A stretch of DNA of 64,000 nucleotides, taken from assembly GCA_047602425.1 (NCBI GenBank), contig JASGHG010000001.1:3968001-4032000 (forward strand), in the 5' to 3' direction. Below the pieces are notes generated by a model. That model worked only from the letters and a program-made list of their open reading frames with translations. It ran no database searches and was not told where the DNA came from. The translations under genes were made by a program, and so were the position numbers. Below, piece by piece: positions 36,661 to 52,926 of the stretch. This DNA is from Nibricoccus sp. Lineage in GTDB: Bacteria > Verrucomicrobiota > Verrucomicrobiia > Opitutales > Opitutaceae. Numbering within the stretch: the first letter of the stretch is position 1; every line of letters begins with the position of its first letter.

Positions 36661-37116
36661 CTATTTTTTTGCGCGCTGAGGCGGAGGGACGATAACCACA
36701 GGGCAGGAGGCCTTGCGGAGGACGCCGTGGGTCGTGGTGCCGACAAGCAGATCGTAGAAGGCGTTATGACCATGCGAACCCATGACGATGTAGGCGGCGT
36801 CGAAAATTTTCGCCGCATCGAGGATCTCGGGCACGGGTGGACCGTTGACCTGGCGGGTTTCCACGAGGAGCTCGGAATGGCGGAGCCGGAGTCCCTCGGT
36901 GATTTCGGCGAGGCGTTTGGCGGAATGTTTTTCGCTGAGGGCGATGGCTTCCTGGAAGTTTTCGACCGCGAGGCCATAATCGCTGGTGAGCACAGGCGGT
37001 TGGACGACGTGGAGAAGGAGGATTTTGTTCTGCGTCACGCGCGCGAGGGTGCTGACCGCTTCGATCACGCCCTCCGTTGCGGTGGAAAAATCGATGGGTG
37101 CAAGGATCGTTTTCAT
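36661..37116 (-). CDS. Universal stress protein
   Basis: ILAPIDFS, LLHV, IVMGSHG..LVGTT..VLRKASCPVVIV. Confidence 0.92.
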   Translation of the reverse strand: MKTILAPIDFSTATEGVIEAVSTLARVTQNKILLLHVVQPPVLTSDYGLAVENFQEAIALSEKHSAKRLAEITEGLRLRHSELLVETRQVNGPPVPEILDAAKIFDAAYIVMGSHGHNAFYDLLVGTTTHGVLRKASCPVVIVPPPQRAKK

Positions 37117-37254
37117 AGCGACTTCAGTTTATTCACGACCGCGGATTTCGCGAGGAAATTGAAGGTTGCTCCGGTTTTTCCCTTGGTTGGAAGAAGGGGT
37201 GAAAAAACCGCTTGCTTCCGCCGGGCGCATGCTACTTTCTGACCCTTCCTTGTT

Positions 37255-37331
<77 letters not shown>

Positions 37332-37730
37332 TTTTAAAAACCCCGGCGTGGAAACGACTTGTGGTATATTTTGATGACGTGGTCTCGACGGGTCGGGGAC
37401 TGGACTTGAATGTCGCGCATTTTCATTTGCGCATCCCGCTTCGGTACCCCCCTGAATTTCAGGTCCTGTGAAAAACCTACCCCTTTTTGTGTGCGTTGGA
37501 ATTGGTCTCTCCTTAGCCTTCCTTTGTCAGGCCGCAAAAGACGAGGGCAAAGTGGAAGCGGCCGATGTGGATAAAGCCTACGCATCGATCGAAAAAACTT
37601 TGGGAGACACTGAAGCCAAAAATGCAGTGTCCGAAGCGCGCAATTACTTGAGGGTGATCAGGCCGCAAAATAGCCGATTTGCTGGTATTGGCGCTGTAAG
37701 TTGGTTGCCCGATCCGGAGTTCGGCCGGAG

Positions 37731-38066
37731 TCACGTTGAAGGGCGACCATTCCAAAGAATGGCGATTACGACTGGAGTGGCAATCGTGCAAAGGTACAAG
37801 GCGAGCCACACCACGACTTGCACCCAGTAACGTTGGGGATGGTCTCGACGGGTGAGCCGGCCCCAGTTGTCCTCGATTTGGCCGGTGGCGAGACTTTCGA
37901 TAAGCGTGAGAGTAACAACAAAAGCACTGCCGAGGATCGCTACGTGATAAGGCCAATATTTACAGGAGTAAATCAGACCAAACGTCGCTCCGAGTAATGG
38001 CGGCGCAAACGCTGGAATAAAAACGCGCGGTTTTTTCCAGATCAAATGAACAGGGGCAATCTTCAT
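37731..38066 (-). CDS. Small membrane protein (hypothetical)
   Basis: Three hydrophobic segments; overlaps a competing + ORF at 37468-37830. Confidence 0.5.
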   Translation of the reverse strand: MKIAPVHLIWKKPRVFIPAFAPPLLGATFGLIYSCKYWPYHVAILGSAFVVTLTLIESLATGQIEDNWGRLTRRDHPQRYWVQVVVWLALYLCTIATPVVIAILWNGRPST

Positions 38067-38102
38067 TGGGCGACGCGAGCGACGGCGAGATGATTTTTGC
38101 CA

Positions 38103-40559
38103 TCAACCGTTGCGGAAGGAGGGGAGTTGGCGGAGGCAGTTTTGCAGCGAGCGATAATCGAAGGGCTTTGACAGGAAGGCGGCGGGCTTGGCTTGGACGA
38201 AGCGCTCAAGCGTTAGTTTCTGCGAATAACCGCTCATGAGAATGATGGGGACCTCGGGGTTGAGGCGGTGCATTTCCTGGAAGGCTTGTTCACCGTCCAT
38301 GCGCGGCATGGTGAGATCGAGGATGACAAGGCGGAGATCGCGCGAATGTTTTTTGAAATATTCGAGTCCGTCGAGTCCATCGACCGCCATTTCGGTGGTG
38401 AAGCCGGAGACTTCGAGCGCCCGGGCGACGACGGTGCGAACGTCGGGCTCGTCGTCCACGATGAGGACGCGGCCGGAGCCTTTCCAAGTGCCGGAGAGGG
38501 AAATCGGCGGCGTGGTTTCGCGTGACGAATTGACGATTGCCGGGAAAAACAGGCGGAAAAGCGTGCCTTTGCCCTGAATGCTTTTGACCTGGATGGAGCC
38601 CCGGTGGGATTTGGCGATGCCGAGCACGGCGGCCAACCCGAGTCCATGTCCAGAGAATTTGGTACTAAAGAATGGTTCGAAAATCCGGGCGTAGACTTCC
38701 GGGGTCATGCCGCTGCCGTCGTCCTCGACTTCGAGCACGACATACTGGCCCGGCTCGGGAGTGCGGCCGTGGAAACGTGCAGAGACGCGGGTGTGGTCGA
38801 GGGTTTCTTCGCGGGTGCGGACGGTGATGGTGCCGGTATTGTCGCCGATGGCGTCGGAGGCATTCAGCACGAGATTCATCAGGATTTGCCGCATCTGGAT
38901 CGAATCGGCGGTGATCCGGGGAAGCGGGCGGGCCAGGTCGAGCGACAAGCTGCGTTTTTTTCCCGACGAAACGCGGAGGAGATGCGAGGTATCCTCGATG
39001 AGTTTGGAAAGATCGATTTCGCTGAACGCGAGGGGATTTTTGCCGGCGTAGGCGAGCATTTGCTGGCAAAGGGCTGCGGCGCGCTCGGTCGATTTCTCAA
39101 TTTTGTTAAGGGTTTGCTGAACTGGGGAATCTTCAGGGAGATCAAGCCGGGCGAGACTGGCATAACCGAGGAGCGGGGTAAGAAGATTGTTGAAATCGTG
39201 AGCGATGCCGCCGGCAAGTACGCCGAGACTTTCGAGTTTTTGGACCTGCTGGAGACGGCGTTCGCTTTCGAGGCGGTCGGCCTCGGCCTGTTTTTGGCGG
39301 GAAATATTACGCAGGACGAAGGAGAAAATGGCGGGACTTCCATTCGCCTCGCGATGGGCCTGAACGACGAAGGAAACGGGAATCTCAGCGCGGGCGCCGT
39401 CCAGAATAGTAAGTTCGCCATGCCAGGCGCCACTGGCCAGGGCGGTGGGGAGCGCGTCGGTCGCCAAGGTTTTGGCGGTGGCTATTGGTAGAAGGCCGGT
39501 GAGCAAATGTCCGCGCAAATTGACGAGCGGGCCTTTGCCGGCGAGGCGAAGCAGAGCGGTATTCGCGTAGAGGATCTCGAGTTTCTCGTCGGTGGTGATG
39601 ACGTAGTCGGTCGTGGCCTCGATGACTTGGAGGAGGCGTCCGGTTTCGGCCTGGCTGGTGACGAGATCGCGCTGGATTTTATTGCGGCGGGAGACAGCGG
39701 AACCGAGTCCCAAGCCGACGCAGGCAATCGCAAGTTCAAAGAAGAGAAAATGGACAACGAGGAGCGGCGTGCTTCCTCCGGAAAAGTGCAAGCCGATGAG
39801 GCCGGCCATGGTGATAAACAACGTGGCAAGCGTGGCACCCACGAGACCGTGGCAAAAACAAATCCAGATGAGCGGCAGGAAACAAAGATAGAACGGCGTG
39901 AATTGGCCGAAAGGCTTCCACGCAAAAACGAGGAAAAGGAATCCGATCAGCACGACGGTCTGCAGGGCGATCATACCCGCGGGCCAGCGGCTTTTACTGT
40001 TGAAAATGGGAACGCTTTCGCCGCGCAGCCATGGACCGGCGAAAACCATCAGCGGAGGTACAACGGTGAGCAGGCCGCTCACGTCGCCGACCCACCAATT
40101 GAGCACCGAGCCCCAATATTTGGCGGACTCGGTGACGCCGCCCATGACCAAAACAAAATTGCCGCCGAGCGCCATCGTCGCGGGCGAAATCATGACGACC
40201 GACGTGAAAATAATCGTGTTGCGAGTTTCCCCAGGAAGGAGGACGCCATTGAGAAAGCGGCGTGCGACCCAGGCAGCGGCGGCATAGTTGACCGTGTTGA
40301 AAGCCGCGAGGACCGCGGGCATCCACCAGACTTCAAATTCCGGCAAGGCGAGTGCGAGGCCCAGGTTCGCGATAAAAACGATGGGCATGTACCGCAAACC
40401 GAGCAGAACCAACAACGAGAGAGCGAGGCCGCAGGGTGGGTACCAGATCGAAATCCCCGGCGACACTTCGAAAAAGGTGGCCGTAAAATGGGAAACCACG
40501 CGCAGAATGACATAGGCCGCGCAGGCAATGTAAGGGGTGTTGCGTGTGTTCAATCCCAT
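38103..40559 (-). CDS. Hybrid sensor kinase (MASE1-like membrane domain, PAS, HisKA, HATPase, REC)
   Basis: IWYPPCG, WWVGD, LAGGIAHDFNNLL, GHGLGL, LDLTMPRMDG; start uncertain. Confidence 0.9.
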   Translation of the reverse strand: MGLNTRNTPYIACAAYVILRVVSHFTATFFEVSPGISIWYPPCGLALSLLVLLGLRYMPIVFIANLGLALALPEFEVWWMPAVLAAFNTVNYAAAAWVARRFLNGVLLPGETRNTIIFTSVVMISPATMALGGNFVLVMGGVTESAKYWGSVLNWWVGDVSGLLTVVPPLMVFAGPWLRGESVPIFNSKSRWPAGMIALQTVVLIGFLFLVFAWKPFGQFTPFYLCFLPLIWICFCHGLVGATLATLFITMAGLIGLHFSGGSTPLLVVHFLFFELAIACVGLGLGSAVSRRNKIQRDLVTSQAETGRLLQVIEATTDYVITTDEKLEILYANTALLRLAGKGPLVNLRGHLLTGLLPIATAKTLATDALPTALASGAWHGELTILDGARAEIPVSFVVQAHREANGSPAIFSFVLRNISRQKQAEADRLESERRLQQVQKLESLGVLAGGIAHDFNNLLTPLLGYASLARLDLPEDSPVQQTLNKIEKSTERAAALCQQMLAYAGKNPLAFSEIDLSKLIEDTSHLLRVSSGKKRSLSLDLARPLPRITADSIQMRQILMNLVLNASDAIGDNTGTITVRTREETLDHTRVSARFHGRTPEPGQYVVLEVEDDGSGMTPEVYARIFEPFFSTKFSGHGLGLAAVLGIAKSHRGSIQVKSIQGKGTLFRLFFPAIVNSSRETTPPISLSGTWKGSGRVLIVDDEPDVRTVVARALEVSGFTTEMAVDGLDGLEYFKKHSRDLRLVILDLTMPRMDGEQAFQEMHRLNPEVPIILMSGYSQKLTLERFVQAKPAAFLSKPFDYRSLQNCLRQLPSFRNG

Positions 40560-40647
40560 CAAGTTTGGATCAACCGGAAGGGTTAGAATCGCGCAACTCG
40601 CTGGCGAGATCAAGCGTAACCCGGAGTTTTCCGGGTGGTTTCTCGGG

Positions 40648-44742
<4,095 letters not shown>

Positions 44743-44914
44743 AGTGAAGGACTTCAATGCAAAGCTATCGGCCATTTCGCGGGAAAGTAGAGAAAAACTC
44801 TTGTTTTGGGAGAACTTTGCGACCGCCCAAATCATTTTTATGCGAACCATCGCTTTTGTTGATTCCGCAAAAGGATTGGCAAGTGCGGGGAGCGGGCATT
44901 GAACTGGGGCAGCC

Positions 44915-47400
<2,486 letters not shown>

Positions 47401-47444
47401 TCTGGCAAAAAAAAGGACCAGTCATCTACGTGGGAGAAACAAAC

Positions 47445-47471
47445 AAAGTGTCACGTAATACATGACACTTT
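47445..47471. repeat. Palindrome, TGTCA-N9-TGACA family
   Basis: AAAGTGTCACGTAATACATGACACTTT, nearly identical to 8645-8671. Confidence 0.8.
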
Positions 47472-47561
47472 GTTACAAACCAAAATCGCGGTGGCGTTGA
47501 ACCTGACGGTCCGGCGTTTCGCGTTGTTGCGGCACGGAGGATACGTTTTTCTTCTCCCCGC

Positions 47562-49997
47562 ATGAAACGCCCCCTTGGTCTTGTCGCTGCTCTGTTATTT
47601 GTCACTGTCGGTCTCCGCGCCGCCCTTGCCGTCGAGATGGTTCCTTCGACCACGGCGCGCTGCATCAACATTTCGGATACAGCCTGGGCCGGCAGTTCGG
47701 TCAATGTCGTGGCGAACACGCAGAACATTCTGCATACATTGAGTCGCACGCAGTACGCGGCTTTCTACGATGCCGATGGCTTCATGGTGCTCGCGAAACG
47801 CGCGCTGGGGGACGACACGTGGGAAACGCGCCGCACAACCCACAAGGGCAACGTCGCCGACGCGCACAACTCCATCAGCCTCGCCGTGGACGGCGCCGGT
47901 TTTCTTCATGTTTCCTGGGATCATCATGGGAACGCGCTCAATTATGCGCGCAGCGTTGCGGCCGGTTCGCTCGAACTCGGTGTAAAGCAACCGATGACGG
48001 GCGCCCGCGAAGGGAAGGTGACTTATCCGCAATTTTTTCGCCTGCCCTCGGGCGATTTGCTTTTTCTCTGCCGCGACGGCGCATCGGGCCGCGGTTCGCT
48101 CGTTTTAAAACGCTATACGGTTGCCACCGGCAAATGGACTGATGTGCAGACCAATCTCATCGATGGCGAAGGCAAGCGCAGTCCTTACTGGGGCATGACG
48201 GTCGATCGCAAAGGCGGCTTGCATCTGGCCTGGATCTGGCGCGATTCGCCCGACGTCGCGAGCAATCACGATTTTTGTTACGCGCGTTCAAGTGACGGCG
48301 GCGCAACGTGGCAGCGGAGCGATGGTTCGGCTCAGACATTGCCGATCAGGGAAGCCACCGCCGAATACGCCGCCCGCATTCCGATAAACAGCAACCTGAT
48401 GAATTCTCCCACGGTGGCCGCTGACCAGCAGGGCCGGCCCTATATCGCGAGCTACTGGTCGGCCTCGGCTGGCGAACCACCGCAATTCCGCATCGTCCGT
48501 CACGATGGCAAGGCTTGGCGGACGATCGAGGGTCCGCGCCGCACCGAGATGTTTTCGCTGTCCGGTGCAGGCACCAAGCGCCCGCCGATTTCGCGTGCCG
48601 CACTTTTTGTGGAGCAACGCTGGAAGTTCCATGGCCTGCATCTGATTTATCGCGACGACGCGCGGGGCGGCCGCATCGTGAAGGCTTCGCTCGCCGACCT
48701 GGAAAACGGGGAATGGACCGAAACCGAACTTACCGCCAACTCGGTCGGCGCTTGGGAACCGTCCCACGATCCCGAACTCTGGAACCGGCTCGCGCAGGTG
48801 CATCTGCTCGTGCAAAAAGTCGAGCAGCGGGACGGAAATGACCGCAACGCCGCCCGGGTCCAACCAACGCCCATCGGTACTTTGATTTGGAGTCCCGAAG
48901 CGTCGCAGCGCGCGGCCATGCATCACTCCGGGGAGGCCGCAACGGCGGACGTCGATTTGGAATGCGCGCCGATGGCTGCGGAAGTGCTTGCGACGATGCG
49001 CCGGGTGGCTGACTGGCAACTTGCGCACATGCCAAATCCGGATCGCTATCCGCCGCGCGGCTGGGAAACAGCGCCGTTCTATATCGGCGTGCTGGCGCTC
49101 GATTCAGTTTCGCCGGACCGGCATTACCGGGACGTGATGGTTGAGCAAGGCAAGGCCAATGGCTGGCAGCCACACCGCCGGGTTTATCATGCCGACGACC
49201 ATTGCGTGAGTCAGATGTATCTGGAGTTGCACCGCCAACTCGGCGCGCCCGAAATGCTGGCCCCGACAAAGGCCCGCTTCGACGAAATCCTCGCGAAGCC
49301 GGCGGGCACGCTGATGGATTGGAACTCGCACAACGCGTTGGACCGTTGGACATGGTGCGACGCGCTTTTCATGGGGCCTGTCGCTTGGTTGCAGCTGTGG
49401 AAAGCCACGGGGGACACGCGTTACCTCGATTTCATGAACAGCGAATGGTGGCTGACCACGGGCAGGCTCTTTTCGCCCTCGGTCGGTTTGTATTTTCGCG
49501 ATGAATCCTATCTTGATGTGCGCGAGGCCAACGGCCGGACCATTCACTGGGCGCGAGGCAACGGCTGGGTTTTCGCGGGGCTATGCCGCGTGCTCGATCT
49601 TTTTCCCCAGGATCATCCGGATTATCCACGTTACAAAAAACTCTATCTGGACATGGCGAAGGCTGTGCTGGCCGCGCAGCAATCCGATGGACTCTGGCGT
49701 GTCGGCCTGCTCGATCCGGCCTCGCATCCGGCGCGCGAAACCAGCGGCAGTTCGTTCATGGCGTTTGGGCTCGCCTGGGGTGTAAATCACGGCTGGTTGG
49801 ATCGCGCGGCGACCGAGCCCGCCATCCGCCGCGCTTGGAACGCGCTTAATGCCTGCGTCACTCCCGAGGGCAAACTCGAACACGTTCAGCCCATCGGGGC
49901 TGCGCCTCACGGCTTCGATCCGACCAACACCGAACCATTCGCGGTCGGCGCTTTCCTCCTGGCCGGAAGCGAGGTTTTCCGGCTCGCTTCACCCTAA
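47562..49997 (+). CDS. Exported fusion: BNR_4 beta-propeller (GH145/PL42-like) + GH105 unsaturated uronyl hydrolase
   Basis: DAHNSIS..HVSWDHH..TYPQF..ARSSDGG in the N-terminal half; HADDHC, WCDALFM, WARGNGW, ETSGSS in the C-terminal half. Confidence 0.85.
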   Translation: MKRPLGLVAALLFVTVGLRAALAVEMVPSTTARCINISDTAWAGSSVNVVANTQNILHTLSRTQYAAFYDADGFMVLAKRALGDDTWETRRTTHKGNVADAHNSISLAVDGAGFLHVSWDHHGNALNYARSVAAGSLELGVKQPMTGAREGKVTYPQFFRLPSGDLLFLCRDGASGRGSLVLKRYTVATGKWTDVQTNLIDGEGKRSPYWGMTVDRKGGLHLAWIWRDSPDVASNHDFCYARSSDGGATWQRSDGSAQTLPIREATAEYAARIPINSNLMNSPTVAADQQGRPYIASYWSASAGEPPQFRIVRHDGKAWRTIEGPRRTEMFSLSGAGTKRPPISRAALFVEQRWKFHGLHLIYRDDARGGRIVKASLADLENGEWTETELTANSVGAWEPSHDPELWNRLAQVHLLVQKVEQRDGNDRNAARVQPTPIGTLIWSPEASQRAAMHHSGEAATADVDLECAPMAAEVLATMRRVADWQLAHMPNPDRYPPRGWETAPFYIGVLALDSVSPDRHYRDVMVEQGKANGWQPHRRVYHADDHCVSQMYLELHRQLGAPEMLAPTKARFDEILAKPAGTLMDWNSHNALDRWTWCDALFMGPVAWLQLWKATGDTRYLDFMNSEWWLTTGRLFSPSVGLYFRDESYLDVREANGRTIHWARGNGWVFAGLCRVLDLFPQDHPDYPRYKKLYLDMAKAVLAAQQSDGLWRVGLLDPASHPARETSGSSFMAFGLAWGVNHGWLDRAATEPAIRRAWNALNACVTPEGKLEHVQPIGAAPHGFDPTNTEPFAVGAFLLAGSEVFRLASP

Positions 49998-50155
49998 GCC
50001 GAGGCAAGGCAGGCAAAAGCCCGTCCCTGAACGCCGGGGGCGGGCAAGTTACCGTCAGGGCGCGACTTTGGATATAAGGAAGCCAGAATTCGCCACAGTT
50101 CCTTTGACATTTTCCCGGCGGGCAGCGGTTATACCGGCGCCCCATCGAACAGCTC

Positions 50156-52414
50156 ATGGCCGACCCCCGGGAACAAAGTGCACCGCAGGCTGAACCCTTG
50201 AAAACGGGTGCGCCCAGGCCTGTGCCGAACAATCAACCGTCGGCAAAAATGGGCGACCGCGACTTGCGAAGAATGGTCCTGCGGGTTGTCGCGTTATATA
50301 CGCTCTTCGGCGCGCTCTGGATTGTAGTGTCGGACCCGTTGCTGGCTTTTTTTGTGCGCGATCTGGAGCTGTTGACCCGTTTGAACGTCCTCAAGGGCTG
50401 GACCTATGTGGTTCTTACCGCGGGCTTGCTCTATTTATTGCTCAAGCGGGAAACGCATATTTGGCGGATCGAGCGTGCCGCCCGGATGGAAGCTGAAATT
50501 TCGCTGCGGGCGAGCGAGGAGCGTTTTCATTCAATCTACGATTCGGTCAGCGACGCGGTTTTTATCCACGAGATGAAGACGGGGCGCATCATGGATGTGA
50601 ACAATCGCATGTGCGAGATGTACCGTTGCACCAAGGACCAGGCCCGCGCCTCAATTGTTGATGAGCTTAGTTTAGGGGAACCACCCTTTAGCGAGAAAGA
50701 GGCGCTGGCATATTTAAAAAGTGCTGCGGGGGGCGAACCCCAGGTCTTCACCTGGCATTGTCGCCGGATGGACCGCAGCCTGTTTTGGGGCGAGGTGCGC
50801 ATGCGGCGCGCGAGGGTGGGGCAGGAGGACGTCATTATTGTGAGCGTGAGCGATATTTCCGCCCGCATGGCGACGGAGCTGGCCTTGACCGAGAGTAACG
50901 AACGTTTCCGGCAACTGGCGGAAAATATTGATGAGGTTTTCTGGATGCTCAGCACGGAGGACGGAAAAATGCTCTACGTTAGCCCAGCCTACGAAAAAAT
51001 CTGGGGTCGATCTTGCGAGAGCATCTACGAAAATCCTGGCAGTTGGGCGGATGCCATTGTGCCCGAGGATCGCGACCGCGTGCTCAAAGCCGTGGCAAAC
51101 CGGGACGGCAGCACTTACGCCGAGACCTATCGCATTACGCGTCCTGACGGTCAGGTGCGCTGGATTTACGACCGTGCCTTTCCGGTCAAAAACGTTGCGG
51201 GCAAAGTCTATCGCATCGTTGGCATCACGACCGATATCACCGAGCGTCGCACGCTTGAGCTTCAGTTCAGCCACGCGCAAAAAATGGAAGCCATCGGCAC
51301 GCTCGCCGGCGGTATCGCGCACGATTTCAACAACATCCTTGGCGCCATCACCGGCTATGCCGAACTCGCGCGGCTCGACGCCCGGGAGCCCAGCGTGCAG
51401 GGCAGCCTCACCGAGATTTTTTCCGCCTGTAAACGCGCGGGCGATCTCGTTCGACAGATCCTGGCCTTCAGTCGGCAGCAGGAGCACAAACGCGTGCCCT
51501 TGCAACTCGAGCGTGTCGTGCAGGAAGCGGCCAAACTTCTTCGTGCCGTACTCCCGAGTTCGCTTGGCTTCGAACTCAAGTTGGATCGCAAAACGCCGAC
51601 CGTGCTGGCCGATCCCACCCAGATCCACCAGATCGTGATGAATCTGTGTACCAACGCCGCCCACGCCATGGAAGGGCGCACGCACTCGCACCTGAAAATC
51701 GAACTCGACCGTTTCGAAGCCGACGAAACCTTTGCCAAACTCCATCGCGGCGGCCGCCCGGGCGTTTATACCTGCCTCACGGTGAGCGACAACGGCCAGG
51801 GCATGGACCGGCTTACGCTTGAACGCATTTACGAACCGTTCTTTACCACCAAGGCGCCGGGGAAAGGGACCGGACTGGGCTTGGCGGTGGTGCATGGCAT
51901 CGTCCAACGCCATGACGGATTGATCACGGTCGAAAGTTCTCCGGGACAGGGCACGACGTTCCGGCTGTATTTCCCCGAATATGCGCTGAGCGATTCGCCC
52001 GAACTCCCGGTCGAACTACCCGCCGTGCAGGGCAGGGGACAGCGCATCCTCGTGATCGACGACGAAGAAGTTCTCGTTCGCATGATCGGCCGCATCCTGA
52101 CCAAGCTCGGCTACGCTCCGTCCCCGCTGCAGGACCCCGTGGCGGCTTTGGCTGCCTTCGAAACTGCTCCGGATAAATTTGACCTCGTCCTATCCGACCT
52201 GACGATGCCGGGCCTCACCGGAATCGAGTTTGCCGCCCAGATAAACCGCATCAAACCCGGGATCCCGATCATCCTGATGACGGGGTTCTACGCCAATCTC
52301 GACGAGACCCAACTCAAGGCCGCCGGCGTCACCGAAATCATCATGAAGCCCGTGGACGTGAAAAGTCTTAGCGTCGTGATTGACCAAGTCCTAAAAAAGA
52401 AAAAGCTAACCTGA
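50156..52414 (+). CDS. Hybrid sensor kinase (TM, two PAS, HisKA, HATPase, REC)
   Basis: LAGGIAHDFNN, NLCTNA, GTGLGL, DLTMPG; start may be 50249. Confidence 0.92.
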   Translation: MADPREQSAPQAEPLKTGAPRPVPNNQPSAKMGDRDLRRMVLRVVALYTLFGALWIVVSDPLLAFFVRDLELLTRLNVLKGWTYVVLTAGLLYLLLKRETHIWRIERAARMEAEISLRASEERFHSIYDSVSDAVFIHEMKTGRIMDVNNRMCEMYRCTKDQARASIVDELSLGEPPFSEKEALAYLKSAAGGEPQVFTWHCRRMDRSLFWGEVRMRRARVGQEDVIIVSVSDISARMATELALTESNERFRQLAENIDEVFWMLSTEDGKMLYVSPAYEKIWGRSCESIYENPGSWADAIVPEDRDRVLKAVANRDGSTYAETYRITRPDGQVRWIYDRAFPVKNVAGKVYRIVGITTDITERRTLELQFSHAQKMEAIGTLAGGIAHDFNNILGAITGYAELARLDAREPSVQGSLTEIFSACKRAGDLVRQILAFSRQQEHKRVPLQLERVVQEAAKLLRAVLPSSLGFELKLDRKTPTVLADPTQIHQIVMNLCTNAAHAMEGRTHSHLKIELDRFEADETFAKLHRGGRPGVYTCLTVSDNGQGMDRLTLERIYEPFFTTKAPGKGTGLGLAVVHGIVQRHDGLITVESSPGQGTTFRLYFPEYALSDSPELPVELPAVQGRGQRILVIDDEEVLVRMIGRILTKLGYAPSPLQDPVAALAAFETAPDKFDLVLSDLTMPGLTGIEFAAQINRIKPGIPIILMTGFYANLDETQLKAAGVTEIIMKPVDVKSLSVVIDQVLKKKKLT

Positions 52415-52416
52415 CC

Positions 52417-52800
52417 ATGTCCAAAATCCTCATTGTCGATGATGATGATGCTTTTCGCAAAGTGCTTCGCATGCTGCTCATACGCATGGGACATGAAGTG
52501 ACCGAGGCCAACGACGGCAAGTCCGCTTGGAGCACTTATCAGTCCCAACCGGCCGAACTCGTGATCATGGACTTGATCATGCCCGACAAGGAGGGATTGG
52601 AAACGATCCAACAGTTCCGTCGCAACAAAGCGCCGACCAAAATCCTTGCCATTTCCGGTGGTGGCCGTGTCGATGCGCGCGACATTCTCCGCGTCGCCGA
52701 ACAATTTGGCGCCGACAAAGTATTGGCCAAGCCTTTCTCCTCCGACGATCTCTCCGTCGCGCTGAAGGAACTACTTCCGGCCCAGCCTGCGGGCGCCTGA
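52417..52800 (+). CDS. Single-domain response regulator
   Basis: ILIVDDD, MDLIMP, KPF. Confidence 0.92.
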   Translation: MSKILIVDDDDAFRKVLRMLLIRMGHEVTEANDGKSAWSTYQSQPAELVIMDLIMPDKEGLETIQQFRRNKAPTKILAISGGGRVDARDILRVAEQFGADKVLAKPFSSDDLSVALKELLPAQPAGA

Positions 52801-52926
52801 AGCGCTCTGTTCGGGATCGACTAAACCGTTTATCTGGAGGGCGCCGTTCCGCCGGTACCAGTTCACTCCGGGGCCTTTTTGTTGCGTCGTGCTCCTGTGA
52901 CGATTTGATCAACCGGCATTCTTCGC

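Noticed and set aside
37380..37853. 14-bp direct repeat TGGTCTCGACGGGT at 37380 and 37840
   Set aside because: The second copy lies inside a plausible ORF, no element is bounded by the pair, and it may be chance.
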